DNA from: Octopus sinensis
Lineage: Eukaryota
Length of the DNA stretch: 64,000 nucleotides
Direction of reading: 5' to 3'
NCBI RefSeq assembly: GCF_006345805.1
Contig: NC_043007.1
Span: 16,740,001 to 16,804,000 of the forward strand
The notes under the pieces are model-generated. The model saw only the letters and a list, made by a program, of their open reading frames with translations, was not told the origin of the DNA and made no database searches. The first letter of the stretch is position 1, and each line of letters starts with the position of its first letter. Shown here one piece after another: positions 13,020 to 25,519 of this stretch. Both the position numbers and the translations under genes were made by a program.

Positions 13020-13242
13020 TCTTTTTTTATTTCATTTATTTATTTCATCTAGTTTCAGCTCACGAGCTGTGGCCATGCTGGGGCACCGCCATTTGTTGTT
13101 GCTACATAATTTCACTTCACGAATGCTTTTTAGCAATTGACATTTGGTGCATGAGAGTTTGATGCAGCTGCCCTCATCTGCACCTCTTGCTGCGAAGTTG
13201 GTTCATCTGGGACGCCTGACAGGAAGAGGTCCAGCTTTATCT
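13020..13242 (-). mobile_element. CR1/L2-group LINE 3' end (RT C-terminus, 3' UTR stem-loops, ATGAAAT-like tail)
   Basis: Minus translation KLDLFLSGVPDEPTSQQEVQMRAAASNS.. then GGCGGTGCCCCAGCATGGCCACAGCTCGTGAGCTGAAACTAG. The clade assignment is recalled from K-L-D-x-F-L-x-x-V-P-D-x-P-type C-termini and is tentative. Confidence 0.6.
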
Positions 13243-13887
13243 GCGAGCATTTGTGTTTGTCTCCATCGCTAAACAGTACTGGCACCAAAACAGATTCCAT
13301 GTCCAGTCAGTCATGCCATATTACCAGCATCCAACGAATAACAATACCCAATTGGCTTGATTCCCTACTAAGTAGATGTACAATATCACACATGAGCAGA
13401 TATGAATATTTAAGATTCTTTACTAAAGCAACCTAACGATATAGAAGCATCCCCGGCACAGTGCTTGCTATATTTGTCAATATAATTGAAATAACATCAG
13501 TCATTAAGCTAATACCTTTTCCTTATCGCATAATTATTTTTAATTAGGTTTCTAATGCTAATCATCATCATCATCATCATCATCGTTTAGCGTCCGTTTT
13601 CCGATGATGATGATGATGATGATGATTACTATTTTAACTATTTTAAATATATGAACAGACAGAAGCATGAATGAACTACGTTCAGGCAGGGCTTAGGTGA
13701 TTAAGGAGTTTATTTTGCAACCATGAGGTTTGGGGTTTGGGGTTTGGGGTTTGGTGTCACTGTGAGGTATGCTGGGTAATGTCTGCTACTACAGCCTCGG
13801 GTTGACCAAAGCTTTGTGAGTGGATTTGGTTCATGGAAACACATACATACATACATATATACATACATACATACATACATACATACA

Positions 13888-14350
13888 TGATGGCTGCCCC
13901 CTCGTTATCGAGTATGGCCATTGCACGAAGCTTAACTGTTACTGGTGCAGTGATCAAATGTGACTTTTTAGCCCAGCTAAAGATCTACAATGTCTTGTAC
14001 AGAATTGGCAACTAAAGCCTTTACCGGTAATAGCCGGCTGTAGTTGTAACTGGGCTTCATGTACCTTTGCATGTCGTTTAAGTCTTCCTGCCGAATTACA
14101 CTCTCTTCCACATGCCCAACAGATATGATTAGTATGGTGTCTTTCAGTCTTATTACACGTCTTCAGGGAAACACAGACAACTGGCCATGTTGTCACTCAT
14201 CTGTCTCGTTCTTTGACTACGAAGATGACCCTTGAGTCCAGCTTTACTGAGGCAGGGTCTTGCACAGACACTGCATGTCAGCATCATAGGAAGACCCTTC
14301 CCATCTGGAAGTGTAACAGCGATGCCCTTCCTGACATCCCTCCTTACTTT
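13888..14350 (-). mobile_element. RTE/BovB-like LINE 3' end with three C2H2-like zinc fingers
   Basis: CSVCARPCLSKAGLKGHLRS, then after a frameshift CWACGRECNSAGRLKRHAKVH and CQFCTRHCRSLAGLKSHI*. A short 3' UTR GCCATACTCGATAACGAGGGGGCAGCCATCAT precedes a (GTAT)n tract. Confidence 0.6.
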
Positions 14351-14395
14351 CTCATGTGCAACTCATACATACATACATATAGACAGACAGACATA

Positions 14396-14610
14396 TGGGG
14401 TGGGTGCTGAAAGGTTCTTGGCTTTAAGGGTATCATGAAAGGCCTGGTTGGAGGCCCAATTGTTCGAGTTCTTTTACAGGGCTTAGAGAAACTGAAGGAC
14501 CACTGCAATAAGTGTGTGAATCTGAGAGGGAAATATGTTGAGTAAAATCATAATTAACTGATCCTCAAGTATTTTCTTTTGCCCAAAGCCAAGAACTTTT
14601 TAGCACCCCA
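14396..14610 (+). mobile_element. Internally deleted mariner (MITE)
   Basis: TIRs GGGTGCTGAAAGGTTCTTGGCTTT / AAAGCCAAGAACTTTTTAGCACCCC in a TA context. The interior encodes a mariner C-terminus (FFLQGLEKLKDHCNKCVNLRGKYVE*). Confidence 0.75.
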
Positions 14611-15380
14611 TATATGTAAACACACACACCCACACATGTATATCTACATATATTTTTGTGTATGTGTGTGTGCATGTCTGTCTCCTTGTCTTGACATCAC
14701 ACAATGGTAATAAACAAGCTTCACCCTCACAGAAACAATGTCTCATGTTTCCTAACTTCCATGAAAACATGTCTAGCTATGGGGGAATATTTCCTTGCTT
14801 GGAAACAGATGAAGATTGGTAAGAACAAGGGCATCTTGGCACAGGAAATCTGCTTCAATGAGTTCCATCTGACCGATGCTAGCTAACTAAGAGTATTAAT
14901 TGTAATGAAAAGTCACTATTATACAAATAATGTTACTTTTTTTGTCCAACTGTTGAGTTATTCGTTGTTCTAAGAACTAAGGAAAATATTATTCTATTTG
15001 GAAAATGGTAGGAGTTGGCAACAGGATGAGCATTTGGTCTTAGAAAAAATTTACCTCAAGAAGGTATCATCTGACCCATGAGGGCATGGAAATGTAGATG
15101 TTAAAACAGTGATGATATTGATGATGACACAAGGTCCCACACTTTTTCTCAAGTCCTGGGACTTGTAAGCTTGGTTGCCTGGTTTCTGTGATGTATTAGT
15201 GACTGAGTTTACATATTAACCTGAATGGGACATAAGTCCATTCCAGAATTCCAGGTCAGCAATTTTTGAGGGGAGGGGCCAAATTGATGGTATTAACTCC
15301 AGCACTTGACTAGTACTTCATTTACTCAATCCTGATGGGATGAGAGGCAAACTTGACCTCGGCAGGATTTGAACTCAGCA

Positions 15381-15895
15381 CTTGTGAAGACCTGTTGAGG
15401 CAAGTGAGGATCAGAATCGAAATCGATCAATGGAAATTGCAGATGTGTTACCAGTGCCGGTGGCATGTTGAAACTCTACTTGTGAAGACCCGTTGAGGCA
15501 AGTGAGGATCAGAATGGAAATCGATCAATGGAAATTGCAGATGTGTTACCAGTGCCGGTGGCATGTAAGAGAACCTTCCGTTTCGTGACCGTTGCCAGCA
15601 CCGCCCCGTTTCGTGTCCGTTGCCAGCCTGGCCTGGCCCTTGTGCCGGTGGCACATAAAAAGCACCATCTGTTCGTGGCCGTTTGCCAGCTCTGTCTGGC
15701 ACCTGTGCGGGTGGCATGTAAAAAGCACCCACTACACTCACGGAGTGGTTGGCGTTAGGAAGGGCATCCAGCCGTAGAAACACTGCCAGATTTGACTGAG
15801 CCTGATGAAGCCTTCTGGCTTCACAGACCCCAGTAGAACCGTCCAACCCATGCTAGCATGGAAAACGGACGCTAAACGATGATGATGATGATGAT
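15381..15895 (+). mobile_element. RTE LINE 3' UTR copy with ~95-bp internal duplication
   Basis: Same family as 1129-1605; near-identical to 19780-20278, including the duplication. Confidence 0.75.
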
Positions 15896-16310
15896 GACTT
15901 AAAGAACTAGAAGAAATGCTGCCTAACATTTTGCCCAACATACTAATAATTCTGCCAGTTCATCCCACACTTTGGAGAAAGAAATAGTCAATGAAATTTA
16001 GCCACAGTATCCCACTGGTTCTTAATTTATTTGTTTCAAATTTTGGCACAAGGCCAACAATTTTAGGGGAGAGTTACATCAACCCATGTGCTTAACTGAT
16101 ACTTATTTTACTGACCCCGAGAGGACAAAAGACAAAGTTGACCTCTGTGAAATTTGAACCCAGAATGTAAAGAAAGATGAAATGCTGTTAACCATTTTGT
16201 CCAGTATGCTATAAATTCTGCCAGCTTCACACTTTAAGGTTATCGTTTTATTAATCTGAAAAGATGAAAGCCTGAATCAATGTTGGTAGGATTTGAACTG
16301 AAGATATTAA

Positions 16311-16521
16311 CCCTTTCGTTACCAACCCAGCTCTGGCTCTTTAGTACAGATGTCTCGTTTTCATAAGTTCTTAATTAAAATCTTCCACCAAACTTTAGTT
16401 ACAAGTTATGTTCCTAACAAAAGCTGAATGATGACTAAGTTATTTTACTAAATTCTTTGTTATATTTAAAGTAATTGAAAGAAACACAGAGCATCTCAAA
16501 ATAAATACAGTAATGAAAGGG
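16311..16521 (+). mobile_element. piggyBac-type MITE (family P1)
   Basis: TTAA|CCCTTTCGTTAC ... GTAATGAAAGGG|TTAA; other copies are listed below. Confidence 0.85.
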
Positions 16522-16525
16522 TTAA

Positions 16526-16823
16526 GAGTTGTGGCGTGCTCCTGTAATCTAGCTACTCGGAGGCTTGGTTGGTTGGCCGGTTTGAGGATGGGAGTCCTGG
16601 TAGTCGGTCTTCTATGGCGACCGGGTGTCCGCGCTAAGCTCGGCATCAATATGGTGCTGGAGAGGGAGCTCATCAGGACCAGGTTGTCTAAGGAGGGTCG
16701 CTTCGGCCCAGAGCGGAAACGCAGCAGGCAAAAGGCCCCGTGTCGAGCAGTAGTGGGATCGCGCCTGTGAATAGTTGTCGGTTAGCAGCCTGTTCGATAT
16801 AACTGAACACCAATCTAATTTTT
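16526..16823 (+). ncRNA. 7SL: 7SL / SRP RNA copy, near full length (probably a retrocopy)
   Basis: Colinear with metazoan SRP RNA: GTGGCGTGCTCCTGTAATCTAGCTACTCGGAGGCT (Alu domain), CGGGTGTCCGCGCTAAGCTCGGCATCAATATGGTG, helix-6 GGAG loop, ACCAGGTTGTCTAAGGAGGG, helix-8 GGCCCAGAGCGGAAACGCAGCAGG, CAGTAGTGGGATCGCGCCTGTGAATAG. Ends in TTTTT (16819-16823). A few 5' nt appear missing. Confidence 0.93.
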
Positions 16824-16887
16824 AAATGGCAGTGCCCCAGCATGGCCACAGCTCGTGAGCTGAAACTAGAATCAATCAATCAATCAA
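16824..16887 (+). mobile_element. LINE 3' terminal stem-loop and (AATC)n tail fused to the 7SL copy
   Basis: AAATGGCAGTGCCCCAGCATGGCCACAGCTCGTGAGCTGAAACTAG-(AATC)4. It differs by one base from the LINE ends at ~13049-13094 and ~23743-23788. Confidence 0.85.
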
Positions 16888-16989
16888 ACTAAACACTTCA
16901 AGGCCATTTGTCTTGTGCATCTCTTCCACTACAGTTGTGGTCTTAAAATCTGATTGTAAACAAAATATCCATATATTGATATTGCAAAT

Positions 16990-18297
16990 ATCCTTTCCTC
17001 AATTCAACCATGTGAAGTAAATGAAAAATCAGGCTGACACATTTCAGTGAATTTAGATCAATTTTTCAGAATTCTATGCTGCCAAGGTCGACTTTGCTTT
17101 CCGTCTTTTTTAGAGTTGATAAAATATGTACAAGTTGGGCATTGGGGTCCATATAATTGACTTATCTGCTCCCTCAAAACTGCTGGCCTTGTGCCAAAAA
17201 TGTTGAAATCCTGGCATTGAATTTTGCTATTGAACTTCAAAAAAAGGCGTAAAGCAGCTGAAACTGCTTGTGATATCAGTGAAACATTTGGTGAGGAAAT
17301 GACCAGTGAGTGGTCAGCTTTAAAATGGTTGAAGCAATTTCGCAGTGGAGACATGAGCCTTGAAGATCGTGAGCATAGTGGACACTCATCTGTCATCAAT
17401 GACGATCAATTAAAGACCGTCATTAAGATAGATCCACGTAAAACCACTTGAAAATTGGCAAAAGAATTTCAAGTTAGCCAGAAAACTGCCTGTAACCATT
17501 TCCATGCGATTGGAAAATCAAAAAAGTCCAACAAATGGGTACCACATGATTTGAATGAAAATCAGAAAATGGTCAGGCATGAAATTTGCTCATCGCTCCT
17601 CCGTAACCAGACCAATCCATTTCTCAACAGTATTGTAACTTGTGATGAAAAGTGGATTCTGTACAATAATAAAATACGTTCTTTGCAGTGGTTGGACCAA
17701 AATGAAGAACAGAAAACCTTCCCTAAACCTGAGCTCTTCAGAAAGAAGGTTGTGGTAACTGTTTGGTGGTGTACTGCTGGATTCCTCCACTATAACTTTT
17801 TAAAGCCCAGAAAAACCATTACCGCAGAAACATATCGCCATGAAATTGCCAAAATGAATGTAAAACTGTTACTCATCCATCCCAGACAGGTCAACAGAAG
17901 ACAGCGCCAATCATTCTTGAGGACAATGCTTAACTACACATTTCACTAATGATGTTCCAGAAGTTGAAGGGAACTTGGCCACAAAGTTCTTCCCTACCCA
18001 GCTTATTCCCCAGACTTTTCTCCTTCTGGCTACCACTTTTACAAGCACCTTGATGGTTTCTTGCGAGAGAAGGAGTTCAAAAATCAAGCTGAGGCTGAAA
18101 GTACATTCAAGGAGTTCATGAGCTCCAGAAGCCCATACTTTTGTGTTACCGGAATAAACAAACTTGTAACTCATTGGCAAAAATGTGTTGATTGCAATGG
18201 TACCCACTTTGATGAATAAAATTTCTGCTTTTTTTTAAAATATATCGTGATGAATTTCATGTTATAAAACGTTGCTTGCGTTTTACTCAGCTTGATA
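16990..18297 (+). mobile_element. Mariner (DD34D, Mos1/Hsmar-like) transposon fossil, nearly full length
   Basis: HTH N-terminus (ORF 17224-17451), WVPHDL and VTCDEKW motifs (ORF 17455-17949), then PAYSPDFSPSGYHF...HWQKCVDCNGTHFDE*. Contains stops and frameshifts. A SINE fragment is inserted at ~17065-17220, and a right TIR-like end lies near 18297. Confidence 0.9.
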
Positions 18298-18542
18298 TTT
18301 ATACTTCATGATTTATAATGAATATTTAAAAAAAATTTTTCATCCATCCTTAATAAGAACACGCATGATGAAACAAGAATAAAGAATAATGACAGATAGA
18401 AAGAAACATGTTGGGACAGTTTCATCATTGACTATTCACCTGACGAATCGAAAACAACACCTGGTTTTCAATGAGAAAAACAAGCCATGAACATGCAATA
18501 AATAAACATGATGAAACATGGATTTCAAAATATGTATATATC

Positions 18543-18958
18543 AGGCACAGGAGTGGCTGTGTGGTAAGTAGCTTGCTTACCAGCCACATGGTTCTGGGTT
18601 CAGTCCCACTGCATGGCACCTTGGGCAAGTGTCTTCTACTATAGCCTCGGGACGACCAAAGCCTTGTGAGTGGATTTGGTAGACGGAAACTCAAAGAAGC
18701 CCGTCGTATATATGTATATATATATATATGCGTGTCTGTGTGTGTGTGTCTGTGTTTGTCCCCCTAGCATTGCTTGACAACCGATGCTGGTGTGTTTATG
18801 TCCCCGTCACTTAGCGGTTCGGCAAAAGAGACCGATAGAATAAGTACTGGGCTTACAAAAGAATAAGTCCCGGGGTCGAGTTGCTCGATTAAAGGCGGTG
18901 CTCCAGCATGGCCGCAGTCAAATGACTGAAACAAGTAAAAGAGTAAAAGAGTAAAGAG
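18543..18958 (+). mobile_element. tRNA-derived SINE family A (head, central TA/TG microsatellite, LINE-derived tail)
   Basis: A-box-like GTGGCTGTGTGGTAAG, B-box-like GGTTCAGTCCC, ACCTTGGGCAAGT, central (TA)(TG)n, tail GGCGGTGCTCCAGCATGGCCGCAGTCAAATGACTGAAAC-(AGTAAAAG)n. Other copies (approx.): 9413-9820, 24248-24642, 25079-25480, 26460-26995, 29832-30243, 38178-38588, 44805-45217, 47360-47772, 47872-48613, 52990-54501, plus many fragments. Confidence 0.85.
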
Positions 18959-19337
18959 ATATACAACAGAAACAGTGTTAGTAACATTGAGTTGCTGTCA
19001 CCATTGATGGCAGTGCCCCAGCATGGGAACGAGACGTTTTTGTGCCACCAATTTAGCATCGTTGATCTGATGCTGACTTATTTGACACCAGGCATTTTAA
19101 TATTTCTCTCATTCTCTCTCTGTGTCTCTGTCTTCCTTTCTTGCTCTCTCTTTCTCTCTCTCTATCTATTTATCTCTGTCTGTCTGTTTCTCTCTTTCTC
19201 TCTCTCCCTTTCTCTTTTTCTCTCTCTCTCTCTCTTTATATATGTAAACCTATTTCTCTTTCTGTGTATGAAGAGAAAGGAAAGTGTTTCTATCTATCAT
19301 TTTTAATTAATAAATTGTAATGTCTCTCATTCTCTCT

Positions 19338-19387
<50 letters not shown>

Positions 19388-19740
19388 CTCTTCTGCTTTC
19401 TCTCTCTCTTTCTCTCTTCCGCTCTCTCCCACTTTCTCTATCCGTACGTGAGTATTTCTGCTCGCGCATAGAGGTCTCCAGTACCAAAAAGTCCCATCAC
19501 CAAAACCATTTCAATGTCCAATTAGCTGTACCAAATTGCCAGTATTCAAACAGCCATGCCTTATTGTGTCTTTCTGTTCTAGCATGGTTGTAGCTGTACT
19601 AATTTACAAATACTACAGAAGTAAAAAGACAACTGATGCTAGTAGATTGATGTATCTTCATAAAGTGCACAGCATGCAGAAGAATGACTAACTTCAGGTG
19701 AAATTTGAGAGACAGACATGTGGACAGCTCAGATAGAGCC

Positions 19741-20278
19741 AGCCTACGTATGCATACCTTCCCTTCTTGGGACACAAAACTCTACTTGTGAAGACCTGTT
19801 GAGGCAAGTGAGGATCAGAATCGAAATCGATTAATGGAAATTGCAGATGTGTTACCAGTGCCGGTGGCATGTCGAAACTCTACTTGTGAAGACCTGTTGA
19901 GGCAAGTGAGGATCAGAATCGAAATCGATCAATGGAAATTGCAGATGTGTTACCAGTGCCGGTGGCATGTAAGAGAACCTTCCATTTCGCGACCGTTGCT
20001 AGCGCCGCCCTGACTGGCCTTGTGCCGGTGTCACGTGAAAAGCACCATCCGTTCGTGGCCGTTTGCCAGCTCTGTCTGGCACCTGTGCGGGTGGCACGTA
20101 AAAAGCACCCACTACACTCACGGAGTGGTTGGCGTTAGGAAGGGCATCCAGCCGTAGAAACACTGCCAGATTTGACTGGGCCTGATGAAGCCTTCTGGCT
20201 TCACAGACCCCAGTAGAACCGTCCAACCCATGCTAGCATGGAAAACGGACGCTAAACGATGATGATGATGATGATGAT
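19741..20278 (+). mobile_element. RTE LINE 3' UTR copy
   Basis: Same family as 15381-15895, with a (GAT)n tail. Confidence 0.75.
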
Positions 20279-20818
20279 GCAGTACCAGGCAATGGCTCTC
20301 GTGGCTTATGATCTCAACTGATTGGAAGTGTTATCATGTACATTGTTTTGTCTTGGTATAAAAGATGGGCTACAGCAAATATTCTGTTCAATACCACAGA
20401 TTTGCTTGACCTTAACCAATTGAGCATGTCCCTTAGTGGCTGATGATATGTGTGTCTCTGATCAAGAGCAGGCATTGTTGGGCAGTATCACAGGTATGTG
20501 TTGAGGGGAATTCTTTGGGGTTTCAATAAGTCACCTCTGGAAACATGGGTGTTTTGTTCATCACCAGGGACCTTTTGAATAGGATGGGCTACTCAACCTG
20601 AAGAAAATTCTAACTGGGCCCCACCTGCAAGGTCATGCACTGTTTATCTTGATATGAGATCACCACATTGCGCACACATGGTTGTGATGCATATGCGTGA
20701 TATACCCTTATCAGACTGGTAGCCATGATGGGTGAAATGGGCTTCATATATATTTACCCTAGTGTCACTTTGATGGCATGCACTGCTCTCTCACTCAATA
20801 ATAATAATAATAATAATG

Positions 20819-20868
<50 letters not shown>
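20279..20868 (+). mobile_element. Non-coding ~520-bp element with defined ends and (AAT)n tail (family D)
   Basis: Starts GCAGTACC and ends CACTGCTCTCTCACTC-(AAT)n. A second copy at 44060-44595(-) has the same ends. Confidence 0.65.
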
Positions 20869-20869
<1 letters not shown>

Positions 20870-21104
20870 GCTTCAAATTTTGCCACAAGGGCAGCAATTT
20901 TAGGGGAGGGGATGAGTCGATTACATTGACCGCAGTGTTTAACTGGTACTTATTTTATCGACCCTGAAAGGATGAAAGGTAGAGTCGATCTTTGAACTCA
21001 GAATGTAGCAACGGGAGAATTACCGCTAAACATTTCACCTGGTGTGCTAATGATTCTGCCAGCTTGCCGTGTTAATATAATAATAATAATAATAAAAATA
21101 ATAA

Positions 21105-21482
21105 CAGTAGCAAAATGTGGAACCTGAAGACTAAAACAAAACCTGTTGTCATAGGTGCCCTGGGAATGATAGCAAAAGGGGCTGATCGCTACCTAATTCA
21201 GATACCAGGAAACCCCAAAATGGCAGAAATTCAAAAGATAGTGCTCATGGGAACTGCTCATATCCTACGCAAAATACTTTCTGTGTAATCTGAAGTTTTA
21301 AAACAAACATAATTTTCGTTTTTTTGACATTCACTAGTACAACACTAAATACAAAACCAAATATATGGCACACTAGGCATAACAACATCACGAACTTCCA
21401 ACCTGTTGTCTCTTGAGGTCTCTGGGTGAGACTTGGAGCCAACTTGTACAAATATAAAACAAAAGTCAAACACAGAATAATA

Positions 21483-21551
<69 letters not shown>

Positions 21552-21568
21552 GTAATAATAATAATAAC
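21105..21568 (+). mobile_element. R4/Dong-type LINE 3' fragment inserted in (AAT)n
   Basis: SKMWNLKTKTKPVVIGALGMIAKGADRYLIQIPGNPKMAEIQKIVLMGTAHILRKILSV*, then a 3' UTR and a long (AAT)n. AAT repeats also lie on the 5' side. Confidence 0.8.
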
Positions 21569-21945
21569 AATCAAGGTAAGAAACTAGAATCATTACTGCA
21601 CTAGGCAAAAATGATGAGCGGCATTTCTACCAAGGTCAACTTTTCCCTTCGTCCAATAAAATACTAGTTGAAAACTGAGGTCAGTGTAATCAACTTCTCC
21701 TTCCGCTCAAAATTGGTGGCCTTGTACCAAAATTAGAAAGGGCAAATACAAAAATAATAATAATGTTAAACTGGAATATTATTTTTAAAGTTAAGTTGTT
21801 TTACCAGTTTGTTAAATGTTTACATCAGTTCTGCACTAAGTAATAAAATAAAATAAAATAAAATAATAAAAAAAAACCTACTTTCAGGTACAATTTGTTT
21901 TTTTTTTTCTGCGTGTTTAAATTTAAAAATATATTTATGGCGTGT

Positions 21946-22203
<258 letters not shown>

Positions 22204-25200
22204 TCAGAGGGAGGAGAGGCAGAGGTGGTACAAAACTATAACCCAGACACCAGTTGTTAAATAATTTCAATTAGAGAGTCAAATGAGTACACGGATATTA
22301 AGGTGATGCACAGGTTGTTAACTTAAGTTGCTGTTATTGCAGTTGTTGTGGAAGTGTTGGTGCAGATCAGCTCTGATCAAGCAGGCACAAGGCACGCAGG
22401 TAGATATACAACCAAACAACTGGGTGCAACCCAGAGAACTGCTGCTCCAACTATATCACTCTACTGATTAGCTGAAACTTATACTGCATACTCAGATCAT
22501 CATCATCATCATCATCATCATCGTTTGACGTCTGCTTTCCATGCTAGCATGGGTTGGACGATTTGACTGAGGTCTGGCGAACCAGATGGCTGTGCCAGGC
22601 TCCAGTCTGATCTAGCAGAGTTTCAACAGCTGGATGCCCTTCCTAACGCCAATCACTCCGAGAGTGTAGTGGGTGTTTTTAAAGTGTCACCGGCACGAGT
22701 GCCAGGCAGGCAGTACTTGCAACGACCACGCTCAAAAATGGTGTTTTTTTTATGTGCCACCTGCACGAGAGTCAGTCCAGCAGCACTGGCAATGACCTCG
22801 CTCAAATGTTTTGTTCACATGCCACCAGCACAAGTGTCAGTGAGGTGACGCTGACATCGATCACGCTCAAATGGTGCTCTTTACGTGCCAGACAGCTGCT
22901 CTGGCAGTGAACATGCTTGGATAGAGCTGTTAGCGCTCCACTGACATGGGTGCCAGTCATCGAACTTGGTTCAATTTCGATTTCCCTTGCCCCAACAGGT
23001 TTTCGCAAGCAAGCAGATATGCTATTTATATTTATCTATCTATCTGCGGTCAGTTGTTGTGACTATGACCATTCGTGGTTTTGACATGACTTGATAAGCT
23101 TTCTCCATACTGGTCAGTTTTTCGCTCGAGTTTTCCTGGCACATAAAAAAGCACCAACAGATCGTGGCCATTGCCAGCCTCGCCTGGCCCCTGTGCTGGT
23201 GGCACATAAAAAGCACCCACTACACTTACGGAGTGGTTGGCGTTAGGAAGGGCATCCAGCTGTAGAAACACTACCAGATCAGACTAGGGCCTGGTGCAAC
23301 CTTCTGGCTTCCCAGACTCCAGTCGAACCGCTAAGCGATGTTGTGGAGACAAACACAGACACACAAACATATACACACACATACATATATATACATATAT
23401 ATGACGGGCTTCATTCAGTTTCTGTCTACCAAATCCACTCACAAGGGTATGGTTGGCCCAAGGCTATAGTCGAAGACACTTGCCCAAGGTGCCACACAGT
23501 GGGACTGAGCCTGGAACCATGTGGTTCGTAAGCAAGCTATTTACGACACAGCCACTCCTACGCCTAGAGAAGGATCCCTCACTGAATTTATGCCATTGAA
23601 TACTAGGGATCAGGACAGTGGCTGTTCCTCTACACTTGCTATTGGTGATGTACATCCAATTATAGTTTGTATATGTGTGTGGGGGGGGGTGCAGATGAAA
23701 CACTGAAGCTGTTGATTCTACAACTATTTCATATATGAAATAAATGGCGGTGCCCCAGCATGGCCACAGCTCGTGAGCTGAAACTAGATGAAATGAAATA
23801 AATATGTTTGTTTGGATCTGCTGATTTTCTCTGTCCAAATGCCCTTCCTGTCACCAACCCTCACTTGTTTCCAATGAAGGTAATATTTACCCCTGGTCAG
23901 ACTCATCTTCATGAAAGATTGGAAACAAAGTACACCACTTGTATGACAATGATGTTTGTTTACAACCCTTGTATAATGTCAACACACACACACACACACA
24001 CACATGATATACATACAGAGTGTTTTTAAATTATTTTTACAACTTCCACGATCCATTGTACCAATTAAAGTTGAGATCATCTAGATGTGTGGTGTGCAAC
24101 CAAAGGAGCCCATGTAGAAGTGTTCTGATGTTTCTGATAAAACTTAATTTAGTTTGCCTATGTTTTTCAATAAACCCTGTTCAGTTATCCTTATATAGCA
24201 TTCTTTTTTTTCTGAATATTTCAAATTGTAAAGATAAGATGCCCTGTTGTGTGGTAAGTAGCTTGCTTACCAACCACATGGTTCCGGGTTCAGTTCCACT
24301 GCGTGGCACCTTGGGCAAGTGTCTTCTACTATAGCCTCGGGCCGACCAAAGCCTTCTGAGTGGATTTTTTAGACGGAAACTGAAAGAAGCCCTATCATAT
24401 ATATGTATATATATGTGTGTGTATGTGTATGTGTATATGTTTGTGTGTCAGTGTTTGTACCCCCAATGTCACTTGACAACCAATGCTGGTGTGTATACGT
24501 CCCTGTAACTTAGCGGTTCGGCAAAAGAGACCGATAGAATAAGTACTAAGGCTTTCAAAGAATAAGTCCTGGGGGTCGATTTGCTCGACTAAAGGCGGTG
24601 CTCCAGCATGGCCACAGTCAAATGACTGAAACAAGTAAAAGAGAACTGAGACAGTAAGAAATGACCTGAACAAATAAACTGAAGGCCAAAACTTTTGGCA
24701 TCAAAGCAATGGAATTTTGAATGTGGCATTAAGTTGAAACAAAAACATGAGTAACATGTAAAAAAAACAGAACAAAGAACAAACAAAATACAAAAACAAA
24801 CAATTATCAGATTGGTTTGTGTTCATATATAAAAAGAATATTGAAGTGACAAGTGGGTGTTTATAAAAGACTTCTTGAAAATAATATTCAAGTATTTGTT
24901 TCTTCCAGCATGGAATGAGAAAAATGTCATCTCTAAACATGCTATACACACCCTGATTAATACACCCAAATGTACTGGATCGTTTTCCTACAAGTAAGTA
25001 TTCCTAAATCATCTTTATTGCTTTGCTCTGCAGAGGAAACCAATGGTACTGATAAGGAAATACTCAGTTAATCGGTTACTCTTTTACTTGTTTCAGTCAT
25101 TTGACTGTGGCCATGCTGAAGCACCGCCTTTAGTCGAGCAAATTGACCCCAGGACTTATTCTTTGAAAGCCTAGTACTTATTCTATCGGTCTCTTTTGCT

Positions 25201-25519
25201 GAACCTCTAAGTTACGGGAACGTAAACACACCAGCATTTGTTGTCAAGCGATGTTGGGGGGACAAACATAGACACACAAACATACACACACACTCACACA
25301 CATATATATATATACATATATACGACGGGCTTTTTTCAGTTTCCGTTTACCAAATCCACTCACAAGGCTTTGGTCGACCCAAGGCTACAGTAGAAGACAC
25401 TTGCCCAAGGTGCCACGCAGTGGGACTGAACCTGGCACCATGTGGTTGGTAAACAAGCTATGCACCACACAGCCACTCCCATGCTTGGTGAAAGAAAATG
25501 ATGATGATATTCTGCCTTA

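Noticed and set aside
11938-13162. Recurrent ORFs containing [10 protein letters not shown]...FYVPPAQ
   Set aside because: Antisense frames of the RTE 3' UTR repeat; not host genes.
16513-16770. 85-aa ORF
   Set aside because: Overlaps the 7SL RNA; incidental.
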